In this document: piece by piece, positions 8,755 to 16,747 of the stretch | Layout: each line of letters starts with the position of its first letter | Numbering within the stretch: the first letter of the stretch is position 1 | The notes under the pieces: model-generated | The model's database searches: none | What the model was told of the DNA's origin: nothing | What the model saw: only the letters and a program-made list of their open reading frames with translations | NCBI GenBank assembly: GCA_041665165.1 | Contig: JBAYJJ010000001.1 | Location: 7,210 to 71,209 of the forward strand | Direction of reading: 5' to 3' | Length of the DNA stretch: 64,000 nt | Origin: Patescibacteria group bacterium | Lineage (GTDB): Bacteria > Patescibacteriota > Patescibacteriia > 2-12-FULL-60-25 | Position numbers and translations under genes: made by a program

Positions 8755-9933
8755 TTATTTGCTCCCGATTAAATATTTAATCTCGCTGTTTTCTTCAAAG
8801 ATTTTTTTTACGGATATTATCCGCATCTTTCCGCCCAGGCCCTCAAGGAAACTTGTGATTTCGCGGTCATAATCTATGGCGCAGACGAAAATCACGTCTA
8901 CTGGGTCGGACAGCAGATTCTGCGGAGGCTCCACAGGCTGGGCTGAGCACGACATGAACTTGCCTTGCTTGGCCGCGTCCGTGTCGAACAATCGCGGCTC
9001 TACCTTGAATTCAAGCGACCCAATCAATACGTCGCTGCCGGCATACATACCGATTGTCTTGCCGTTATTTTCAAAAACATCAATCAGGGCCTGCAAGCCA
9101 GAAAGATTCTTCTTGAGATTCTGCTGAAAGCTCTCAAATATCTCAAGACCGTCCGCCTGGACAAGATTCTCGCTTTTTTTTGCGTCCTTATTCGAGCCCC
9201 AAGCATAGAGCATGGACCGTTCATCTGAGCTGATGACTTCAACCTCAGAAAATCCGGCGGCTTCCAGGATATTCGTCAGCGAACTTTTTGTGAAATAATT
9301 CAAGTGCTGGTGCGAGATGATGGAAGGATCGCCGATGCGCAATTTCTTCTCGCAATCCGGGACAGCGAAAAAAGCCAAGCCATCGGGAGCTAATATCCGC
9401 TTCATTTCTTGGATAAAAACTTCGGGCTGCTCGACATGCTCCAGCACAAGGTGAGTCAAAGCCACGTCATACTTTTCAATTATCTGATCTGAAGGAAAAA
9501 AATCCCTGAGCATGGGAATGTGATACTTTTCTGAGCCACTTATCCCCTCTTTCCCGGGCTCCACTCCAAGTATTGATTTGGCGCCGGCTTTTCCCAAAAG
9601 ATGCAGCAAATACCCATAAGCGCAGCCTATTTCGATGAAGCTTGAGCCCTGAATTGTTTTATCGGCTTTTTCCAGAGCCTGCTCCAAAATCAAATAGACC
9701 TGGTCTGCCTGTTTGCTGGCGAACTCGCCTTCGCCCAAAGGGGTAGATCCATAGCCGCCCTGTTCATAATATTTGCGCAAGGCTGATTTGGTTTCCTGGT
9801 CAGGCACCTGAGTTATCAAACCGGTTTCTTCGTCAACCTGCAAAGTAAAAGGCAAAAACCGCGGAAAAACAATGCTCCTTTCAGCGCAATACCCGACATC
9901 GAACGGAAGGCGTGAAAGAAAGAGCTGCTTCAT
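8755..9933 (-). CDS. SAM-dependent methyltransferase with an NDP-hexose C-methyltransferase-type C-terminal domain
   Basis: 392 aa. Has the SAM motif FIEIGCAYGYLLHLL. The C-terminal ...FDTDAAKQGKFMSCSAQPVEPPQNLLSDPVDVIFVCAIDYDREI resembles the TylCIII-like C-methyltransferase tail. Confidence 0.6.
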   Translation of the reverse strand: MKQLFLSRLPFDVGYCAERSIVFPRFLPFTLQVDEETGLITQVPDQETKSALRKYYEQGGYGSTPLGEGEFASKQADQVYLILEQALEKADKTIQGSSFIEIGCAYGYLLHLLGKAGAKSILGVEPGKEGISGSEKYHIPMLRDFFPSDQIIEKYDVALTHLVLEHVEQPEVFIQEMKRILAPDGLAFFAVPDCEKKLRIGDPSIISHQHLNYFTKSSLTNILEAAGFSEVEVISSDERSMLYAWGSNKDAKKSENLVQADGLEIFESFQQNLKKNLSGLQALIDVFENNGKTIGMYAGSDVLIGSLEFKVEPRLFDTDAAKQGKFMSCSAQPVEPPQNLLSDPVDVIFVCAIDYDREITSFLEGLGGKMRIISVKKIFEENSEIKYLIGSK

Positions 9934-9936
9934 AAC

Positions 9937-10938
9937 TTATGAACGGATCAGGGCCAATAGCTCCTTCAGGCCAGCATCGTCCAGCCAGTTCGGATTTGTA
10001 TCGCTGCAAAAAGAGAACCCGCTCTCAAGCATCCGGCCGCCTACCCTTTCTTTTGCCTGCTGGTCAAACGAAAACTCCGGATAGATGACATATGTGCTTT
10101 CGAGTTCGACCGCATGGTGCGATTCTTCGGGCGTTATCAAGACTTCGTGCAGCTTCTCGCCAGGCCTGATGCCGATGATCTTCAATTCGCATTCAGGCGC
10201 CAAAGATGTAAGCAAGTCCTTTACCCGCATGCTCGGGATCTTTGGTATGAAAATCTCTCCGCCGTTCATGCATTCCATGCTGTTCATCACCAGCTCGACT
10301 CCTTGGTCCAGGGTAATCCAAAAACGCGTCATGTCCTCGTGAGTCAAAAGGACCACGCCTGTCTTGCGCTGGTCTTCGACCAATTTAAGCAAGCTGCCGC
10401 GGCTGCCCAGCACGTTACCGTATCTGACGGCGCTGAAAAGCGTCTTGTTGTTGGAATAGACGTTGGCGCTTATGCACAAACGTTCGGCGCAAAGTTTGGT
10501 TGCGCCATAAAGGTTCGCCGGATTGGCGGCTTTGTCCGTGGAAATCAACAGCACTTTTTCGACGCCGTTGTTTATGGCCGCAGTGATTACATTTTGAGTG
10601 CCGATGATATTCGTCTGAATGGCTTCAAACGGGTTGTATTCCAAAGCCGGGACTTGTTTGAGCGCGGCCGTATGGATCACAAAATCCACGTCGCGGAAAG
10701 CCAGCTGGAGGCGCGGCAGGTCGCGGACATCGCCCAGAAAAAAGCGAAGGTTGCTGTCCATGCCTTTGAAGGCAGTCTGCATCTGCGATTGCTTCAGCTC
10801 GTCGCGGCTGAAAACGATGATGCGCCTGGCCTGTGATTTTTCGATCAAAGTCCTGACTAGCCTCTGGCCCAATGAGCCTGTGCCGCCGGTCACCAAGATG
10901 GATTTGCCGTTGAGATATTCTAAGTTCATATGTTTCAT
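9937..10938 (-). CDS. pseB: UDP-N-acetylglucosamine 4,6-dehydratase, inverting (PseB/FlaA1 type)
   Basis: The track start at 10950 is a TTG; ATGs occur at 10938 and 10929. Motifs ILVTGGTGSLG, IIVFSRDELKQ, STDKAANPANLYGATK, MTRFWITL and GGEIFIPKIPS match PseB rather than CapE. Confidence 0.85.
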   Translation of the reverse strand: MKHMNLEYLNGKSILVTGGTGSLGQRLVRTLIEKSQARRIIVFSRDELKQSQMQTAFKGMDSNLRFFLGDVRDLPRLQLAFRDVDFVIHTAALKQVPALEYNPFEAIQTNIIGTQNVITAAINNGVEKVLLISTDKAANPANLYGATKLCAERLCISANVYSNNKTLFSAVRYGNVLGSRGSLLKLVEDQRKTGVVLLTHEDMTRFWITLDQGVELVMNSMECMNGGEIFIPKIPSMRVKDLLTSLAPECELKIIGIRPGEKLHEVLITPEESHHAVELESTYVIYPEFSFDQQAKERVGGRMLESGFSFCSDTNPNWLDDAGLKELLALIRS

Positions 10939-10952
10939 TTTAGAAGGCAAGA

Positions 10953-11954
10953 TTAGACGTTTTTCAGCACAATGTCAACAATTTTCAGGATAGTGCTTTC
11001 AGTGATTTCTTGGTGGCAAGGCAAACCGACGCATACCCGATAGTCAGGCTTAAGCATGTTCTGTCGAATGTCAAAATGGTAAAGCCCTGTTTCAATGCCG
11101 CTGGCCTTCAATTTATCAACTACACGTTTGGCTGAGCTGGGCTTCAGGAACAAAGGCATGGCCCAAGGCAAGACATCATCAACATATAAGGAGTGCACGT
11201 CGAACCGGGCAAAAGCCGACCTTAAAAGTTCATAATTTCTTTTCCGCTTCGCCAGCGCCCCTTCGTTCAAGCCTTGGCGTACGATGTTCAGCGATATCCC
11301 TGGGCAAGGAAACAGCCTGTCATAAATCGCGTAGTTCCTCTCGAGTTCGATGCTGTTTTCATGAGTGGAATTCTTTTCGCATAAGAATCTGCGCAAAAAA
11401 ACTTGTTTGGACAGTTTGTCTTCGTGTATTTTTAATTTATCAGCCACAAATCTTTTCAATGCCCTGTTTCTTGTCCAGATAGCGCCTCCGACCACGCTTG
11501 GGAAAAATTTAGCCAAGCTGAAGATTGAAGCGTCCCCCAGCGTGCCCAACCTCTGGTCTTGATAGTTGCTGAAAGCCGCGTGCGCGCAATCTTCTATGCA
11601 GAACAGATTCTTATCCGAACAGAATGCCTTAATGGCTTTCATGTCCTGCGGAAAGCCCCATTGGTGATAGACCAGGATGCCTTTCACTTTTTTATTGAAA
11701 ACCGTGGTCGGGAAACAATGCTTATGCATGGTCATGTACACCCAATAGCCTATCCATTCCGGGACTAAAACCTGCTCTGACTTATCTTTCAAGCGGCCTA
11801 TGCTCCGATAATATTGGAGCAAAATGGCCAGCGCTGACTTTCCGGAAAATGTATACAAGATATCCTTGTCGAGCCCGGCCCCAAAAATGTTGCCTGACAA
11901 GCGGGGCTTGATGGGTTTTATGGCCACTGGAAAAGGGTTGAAATTTATCCTCAT
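10953..11954 (-). CDS. Divergent DegT-like PLP enzyme (fold type I)
   Basis: 333 aa. ILVYHQWGFPQDMKAIKAF...FCIEDCAHA...GTLGDASIFSLAKFFPSVVGGAIWT follows the DegT pattern (vh..G.p.dm, iEDaAhA, fSf..K). It is shorter than canonical members. Confidence 0.55.
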   Translation of the reverse strand: MRINFNPFPVAIKPIKPRLSGNIFGAGLDKDILYTFSGKSALAILLQYYRSIGRLKDKSEQVLVPEWIGYWVYMTMHKHCFPTTVFNKKVKGILVYHQWGFPQDMKAIKAFCSDKNLFCIEDCAHAAFSNYQDQRLGTLGDASIFSLAKFFPSVVGGAIWTRNRALKRFVADKLKIHEDKLSKQVFLRRFLCEKNSTHENSIELERNYAIYDRLFPCPGISLNIVRQGLNEGALAKRKRNYELLRSAFARFDVHSLYVDDVLPWAMPLFLKPSSAKRVVDKLKASGIETGLYHFDIRQNMLKPDYRVCVGLPCHQEITESTILKIVDIVLKNV

Positions 11955-13075
11955 ATTTGCTCAGGCATCGAAAACAACAAAGCGTTATCAACGAACTGGC
12001 CTGTTTTCTGTTTTAATTCGGCTCTCATGGCACCATTGTCCAAATACCCCATCCATTTTATTTTTGGCAAAAACATGCCCCCGTACCGCTCCTTGAAAAC
12101 GCTGATGGAAAGCTCCTTTGCGCTGGGAACATGATAAAGCTGGGGCGTAAAATACCTCTCGCCGATTTCATAGTATTTGAAACCTTTTTGTTTGTAATAC
12201 AGTATCGCTTCCCATTCCAACAAATGCCGTGGTGAATACTCTTTCTCGAATTCATCCAAATTGATTTGGGACCAGCCAAAGGCCATGCAATCGAATTCGC
12301 CGCAATACAAAAAACTGATTGCCTCGTCTTTCAGGTATGTTACGAACAGCGTGGCCTTGCCCTGGCGCATGCCGTCAAGCATGGAATCCCACGTCGCTTG
12401 CGGCCTGGTCATGCGGCCAGCCGACTTGATGTGCGTATCTTCGAAAATCTTGAAGATCCGATCGATTTGGTCCGCGTTGTTCTCTCTATTGAATACACGG
12501 ACCGCTAAGCCCTTTTTGTAACCGCGCTTTATATGCCTCAAATGGTACTTGCTCACATCCGCGCTCAAGTCCTCGATTTTCTTTTCCAGATCAACAGCGA
12601 TTGTGTTCTCGACCTCATAAATCAGGTTGTAGCGGAGCAGCTCGAACGTCGCGGGCTGGATGACTCCTCCCTCGTGCATAAACAGAGTGTTTAACGGATC
12701 CCAAAAAAAAGAAACTTCACTCGCCTTGTTTTCTTTGGCGAAGGCAAGGATTTCCGAAATAATGTTGTCCAGTATTTTCTTACGGTCTTGCCTGGGCATA
12801 GGCGCTACCACCGGCACGCCGCAAGGAGCATGGCCGAACGAAATAGAATGCACGCCCCTGTCTTTCAGATAACTGGACGCCAAGCTACAGATGGCGAGCG
12901 GCTTGCCTGTATGGTCGATGAACGCGAAAGAAGCGTTTTTTTCCACTTCCTCGAATTTCGAAAAATAGTCCAGCAGAGCCGCGGAATGAAAATGACAAGA
13001 ACCTGGCACGTTCAGCACCCAGGCATCCCACTCTTTTGCCGAAACATCAGAAAAAAGTACTTTTTTATACTCCAT
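11951..13075 (-). CDS. FemAB-like / BioF2-like GNAT-fold acyl(aminoacyl)transferase
   Basis: 374 aa with an ATGA overlap onto the next gene. The layout is W..W....HF.....L, then YHLRHIKRGYKKGL, then ATLFVTYLKDEAISFLYCGE....SPRHLLEWEAILYYKQKGFKYYEIGE. This is typical of the FemX/FemAB fold. Confidence 0.6.
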   Translation of the reverse strand: MEYKKVLFSDVSAKEWDAWVLNVPGSCHFHSAALLDYFSKFEEVEKNASFAFIDHTGKPLAICSLASSYLKDRGVHSISFGHAPCGVPVVAPMPRQDRKKILDNIISEILAFAKENKASEVSFFWDPLNTLFMHEGGVIQPATFELLRYNLIYEVENTIAVDLEKKIEDLSADVSKYHLRHIKRGYKKGLAVRVFNRENNADQIDRIFKIFEDTHIKSAGRMTRPQATWDSMLDGMRQGKATLFVTYLKDEAISFLYCGEFDCMAFGWSQINLDEFEKEYSPRHLLEWEAILYYKQKGFKYYEIGERYFTPQLYHVPSAKELSISVFKERYGGMFLPKIKWMGYLDNGAMRAELKQKTGQFVDNALLFSMPEQI

Positions 13076-13077
13076 AC

Positions 13078-14868
13078 CTACTGCCTTACATTATATACCT
13101 TATAAAAATATGATTCTGGATCTTTGAGCAAGTCCTGCGGTGCTCCTTGTTCGATGATTTTCCCTTCGGATAAAGCCATAATCCTATCCGCGCACAATAC
13201 GGTCGAGAGTCTGTGGGCGATGATGAGCACGGTTATCTTGCCCTTGAGCGACTCGATTACGTTTTGGATCTGCACCTCGGACTCGTTGTCCAATGCGCTC
13301 GTAGCCTCGTCCAAAACAAGCAACTTCGGCTTGCGGGCAAGGATTCTTGCGATAATGATCCTCTGGCGCTGCCCGTTCGAGAGCATGGTCCCGCGTTCGC
13401 CGACCAGCGTCTCGAATTTATTCGGCAAAGTCTGGATGAAATCGTATATATTGGCGCTCTTCGCCGCTTCCTCGATCTCGGCGTCGGAAATGCGCTTGTA
13501 GAAACGGATATTCTCCGCAATGGTGCCGTTCAGCAAAAACATGTCCTGTGATACATAGCCGATGCTGTTGCGCCATTTATCGAGGTTTATTTCGCTCACA
13601 TCGCGGCCATCCAACAGGATTTTTCCGGATGACGGATCAAGCAAACGCAAGGCCAAATCCATAAGCGTTGTCTTGCCCGCACCTGAAGGCCCGACTATGC
13701 CCACTATCTCTCCCCGCTTCACCGAAAAACTGACGCTGTTCAAGATTGGCCTGTCTTGGGCATAGGCAAAACCGACATCATCGAAATCAAAACTTTTCTT
13801 GAAGACAAAATCCGAAGCCGAACCCGTCTTTTCCTTACGTGATTTCATCTCATCTTCCAGCATATTCACTGACTGGAGGTAAGGCGCATACTCATTCAAC
13901 GCCCGATAATTGGATTGCATGGCCTGAAAATAAGTAAAAATGCGCTGGATCAAATAGACAATGGCTGCAAAAGCGCCGAGCTGGAAAGCTGCGGTCTTAT
14001 AATAAAATGCGAACAAGAAACAAATAAAGACAACCCCCATCGGCTGCATCAAGGCATCTCCCAGGGAGCGCTGAAATGCGATCTTGACGTAAGCATTCCG
14101 GTACTGTTCAAAATCATTTTTGCCCACGGTCGCGATTGAGTTGGCCACGGCCATGGTCTTGACAGTTTTCATGCCCATGACATTCTCGTTCAAAAAATGG
14201 GCAATGGTTTTGTTAACGGTTTCCATAATCCGCGAATTTTTGCGTGTTTTTCCGAAACTGGATTTCAAGAACCAGAAAAATACGACCCCGAGAATCAAGG
14301 TCATGGCCGTAATCGGCGCAGAGATGCTGAAAGCGATCAGCACATATACGGCCAAATTAGTGACGATTATGATTAGGGAACTGGTGTTCTCCAGAACCAA
14401 GGTCGCATAACGGACATTGGTCATTAAGACAGTTTCCAAATGACCCAAGCGCTGTTTGAGCAAAAACGACCAATCCGCATCCAAAAACAGTTCAAGCAAG
14501 GCCTGCCGCTTGTGATACTCATAGTTTGCCGAAATTCTGACTTTTATCCAGTTGCTCAAAATCAACATCAATGACCTTAAGATAAACAGACCGGCTATGA
14601 AAAGCAAAAGATATTTGAGGGTAAAACTCAATCCCAAAAGATTAAAAAAGCTTCCGATGAATTGGGTGAGCGCGTCTTGAGCGCCTGGGCCGCCAGAACT
14701 TTTGGTCAACAGCGAGAACAGCGGTATGAGCGAGCCCACGCCCACGCCTTCGAGCAAGCCGCTGAAAAAACCCAAAAAGACCATGACCCCGATACCCCAT
14801 TTGTATTTGCCAAATCCGTTGCTGACAAGCTTGATGAAGCGGACTGCGCGCAGTTGGTTCCAAGACAT
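13078..14868 (-). CDS. ABC exporter, fused permease-ATPase (MsbA/PglK type)
   Basis: The track start at 14892 is a GTG; the ATG at 14868 avoids overlap. It has six N-terminal hydrophobic segments, Walker A GPSGAGKTT, signature LSNGQRQR and Walker B LLVLDEATSALD. Confidence 0.85.
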   Translation of the reverse strand: MSWNQLRAVRFIKLVSNGFGKYKWGIGVMVFLGFFSGLLEGVGVGSLIPLFSLLTKSSGGPGAQDALTQFIGSFFNLLGLSFTLKYLLLFIAGLFILRSLMLILSNWIKVRISANYEYHKRQALLELFLDADWSFLLKQRLGHLETVLMTNVRYATLVLENTSSLIIIVTNLAVYVLIAFSISAPITAMTLILGVVFFWFLKSSFGKTRKNSRIMETVNKTIAHFLNENVMGMKTVKTMAVANSIATVGKNDFEQYRNAYVKIAFQRSLGDALMQPMGVVFICFLFAFYYKTAAFQLGAFAAIVYLIQRIFTYFQAMQSNYRALNEYAPYLQSVNMLEDEMKSRKEKTGSASDFVFKKSFDFDDVGFAYAQDRPILNSVSFSVKRGEIVGIVGPSGAGKTTLMDLALRLLDPSSGKILLDGRDVSEINLDKWRNSIGYVSQDMFLLNGTIAENIRFYKRISDAEIEEAAKSANIYDFIQTLPNKFETLVGERGTMLSNGQRQRIIIARILARKPKLLVLDEATSALDNESEVQIQNVIESLKGKITVLIIAHRLSTVLCADRIMALSEGKIIEQGAPQDLLKDPESYFYKVYNVRQ

Positions 14869-14872
14869 AGGT

Positions 14873-15124
14873 TTACCATTTATTGATTTCACTCACGACT
14901 TTGCTCTTGACCTTCAGGTATGATTTCACGGCATTTTTTTCGGCTTCGGGTGAAACCAGCCTCAAGATTTCTTTGCCCAAAATACGGTACTGACGTCCGA
15001 TTTTATTGGCTCTGATCAGGCCCTTTTTCAACAACCTCTTGATTGTACTATTGCTGATGTTAAGAATCGCCTGTGCTTCGCCAGTCGTATAGATAGCCAT
15101 GGGCTTGATTTCTTCTTTAACCAT
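14873..15124 (-). CDS. Small excisionase/MerR-type HTH DNA-binding protein
   Basis: The track start at 15172 is a TTG inside the predicted -35 element; ATGs occur at 15124 and 15100. YTTGEAQAILNISNSTIKRLLKKGLIRANKIGRQYRI is a classic HTH_17-type motif. Confidence 0.6.
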   Translation of the reverse strand: MVKEEIKPMAIYTTGEAQAILNISNSTIKRLLKKGLIRANKIGRQYRILGKEILRLVSPEAEKNAVKSYLKVKSKVVSEINKW

Positions 15125-15143
15125 ACAATAGCAAGTATGGGAC

Positions 15144-15172
15144 AGTTTATCCTGAGTGCCATAAGGTGTCAA
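15144..15172 (-). promoter_or_regulatory. Sigma70-type promoter for the HTH gene and the long minus-strand sugar operon
   Basis: On the minus strand: TTGACA (15172-15167), an exact 17-nt spacer, then TAAACT (15149-15144). Confidence 0.55.
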
Positions 15173-15182
15173 TAAGGTTCAC

Positions 15183-15211
15183 TTGATGCTATATCTTACA
15201 TCTGTTATAGT
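15183..15211 (+). promoter_or_regulatory. Sigma70-type promoter for the kpsS-like operon
   Basis: TTGATG (15183-15188), an exact 17-nt spacer, then TATAGT (15206-15211), 17 nt upstream of the ATG at 15229. Confidence 0.55.
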
Positions 15212-15228
15212 TTTGTTCGAAATAGCAT

Positions 15229-16740
15229 ATGTCTGAACTACAAGGCAAAAAAATCCTCCTTTTACAGCAACGCAGATGGGCCACGAATATCGGCCATTTT
15301 TTAGCCATAAAACTACAGGCCCAAGGTTGCAGGCTCGCTGCGCTGACACTAAAAAGATCTGCCCATGAATTCATCCTTTCGCAAACCGAGGTCCGTTACG
15401 ATTTGGTGATAGGCAACGACGAAATCATGGATGACCCAAAAAAATATCTTGGTAACGACAACATTACCCTTAAGCAGGTCTGTGACGATTTAGGGATTGA
15501 CTCGGTTTGGCCGATAGCAAATGCGCTCAGGAACCATGTGCGCACATACCGCGATAAATTTTATTATGGCTACATGCAGAACGTATCCGATGAAGGAATC
15601 GCGGATTATGTTAAAGCTGTTTATAAATATACTGTATTGATATTTAATGAGTTCAGCCCTGATATAATAATCTCGCCGAACTTCGTATCCCTGCCCCATA
15701 TAATGCTCAGGCTGTATGCTGCAAAAAAAGGAATCAAGATGTTCGGACTGACGGATTCGAAAGTCAAGCACGTTAATATTTTCACTTACGGTGAATACGA
15801 CGACCGAGGTCCTTTTTTCGACCGTTTAGATGACCTGAACAACGGAAAAGCTACGAGCGACAACTTAGAAAAAGCTATCTCATACATCTCGGACTTCAGG
15901 CAACAATTCAGACAACCTACCTACGCTGTCAATCCGGATGCCAAAAAAACCTTGTACCGCGCGATCCGCAACGAACTGAGCCCTTATAAACAGATTTGGT
16001 CATGGTATACCAAGCCGCAAAAAAATTATCTCAAAAGTACTGGCATAACTTTGGATTACCGCCCCCCACGCATTATATTGCGCGATTTTTACTATAGTAA
16101 ATACTACCGGCATGCTGCAAAAAAATTCCCTTACGAGAAAATTGAAAACATCGATAAATGTATTTATTTCCCACTCCAGTTCCAGCCAGAAATTTCAATA
16201 GAAGTCATGGCGCCTTATTTCTGCAATCAGCTGGAAGTAGCGAGGCAGATAGCTATGTCCCTCCCGGACGATTACACTCTGATGGTGAAAGAACACCCGG
16301 CAATGGTAGGCTTAAGACCGCCTTCATCCATGATAAAACTCTCCAGGACACCAAACGTCAAAGTCATTGATTATCATGTCCCGAGCGATGTCGCCCTGAA
16401 AAAAGCCGACTTAGTCATAAGCCCAAACAGCACGGCGCTTGTTGAGGCCTCGTTCTACCATAAGCCAGCAATCCAATTAGGTAATCTTGGCACAACACAG
16501 ATGCTGCCGAATGTAGTCAGACATACGGACATGACTACCCTCTCAGGCACCATTAAACGGCTTTTGACGACCGACTTCAAGACCGAAGATTACGAGATGC
16601 GGTTAAGAAATTATATTGCAGCGGCTTATGATACGGGTTTTTCCATCGATTACACTGCTATCTGGGAAGAGGGCAACAAAAAAGAACTGGAAACGCTGCT
16701 GAATATCTACATAGAGGAAGTTAGGAAAAATATAAAATGA
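15229..16740 (+). CDS. KpsS/KpsC-like capsule-synthesis-family transferase (ulosonic acid transferase family)
   Basis: 503 aa. GKKILLLQQRRWATNIGHFLAIKL at the N-terminus and IYFPLQFQPEISI....LMVKEHPAMVG match the FPLQ...D/E and KEHP signatures of the capsule polysaccharide biosynthesis (KpsS/LpsZ) family. Confidence 0.55.
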   Translation: MSELQGKKILLLQQRRWATNIGHFLAIKLQAQGCRLAALTLKRSAHEFILSQTEVRYDLVIGNDEIMDDPKKYLGNDNITLKQVCDDLGIDSVWPIANALRNHVRTYRDKFYYGYMQNVSDEGIADYVKAVYKYTVLIFNEFSPDIIISPNFVSLPHIMLRLYAAKKGIKMFGLTDSKVKHVNIFTYGEYDDRGPFFDRLDDLNNGKATSDNLEKAISYISDFRQQFRQPTYAVNPDAKKTLYRAIRNELSPYKQIWSWYTKPQKNYLKSTGITLDYRPPRIILRDFYYSKYYRHAAKKFPYEKIENIDKCIYFPLQFQPEISIEVMAPYFCNQLEVARQIAMSLPDDYTLMVKEHPAMVGLRPPSSMIKLSRTPNVKVIDYHVPSDVALKKADLVISPNSTALVEASFYHKPAIQLGNLGTTQMLPNVVRHTDMTTLSGTIKRLLTTDFKTEDYEMRLRNYIAAAYDTGFSIDYTAIWEEGNKKELETLLNIYIEEVRKNIK

Positions 16741-16747
16741 GTATTTT

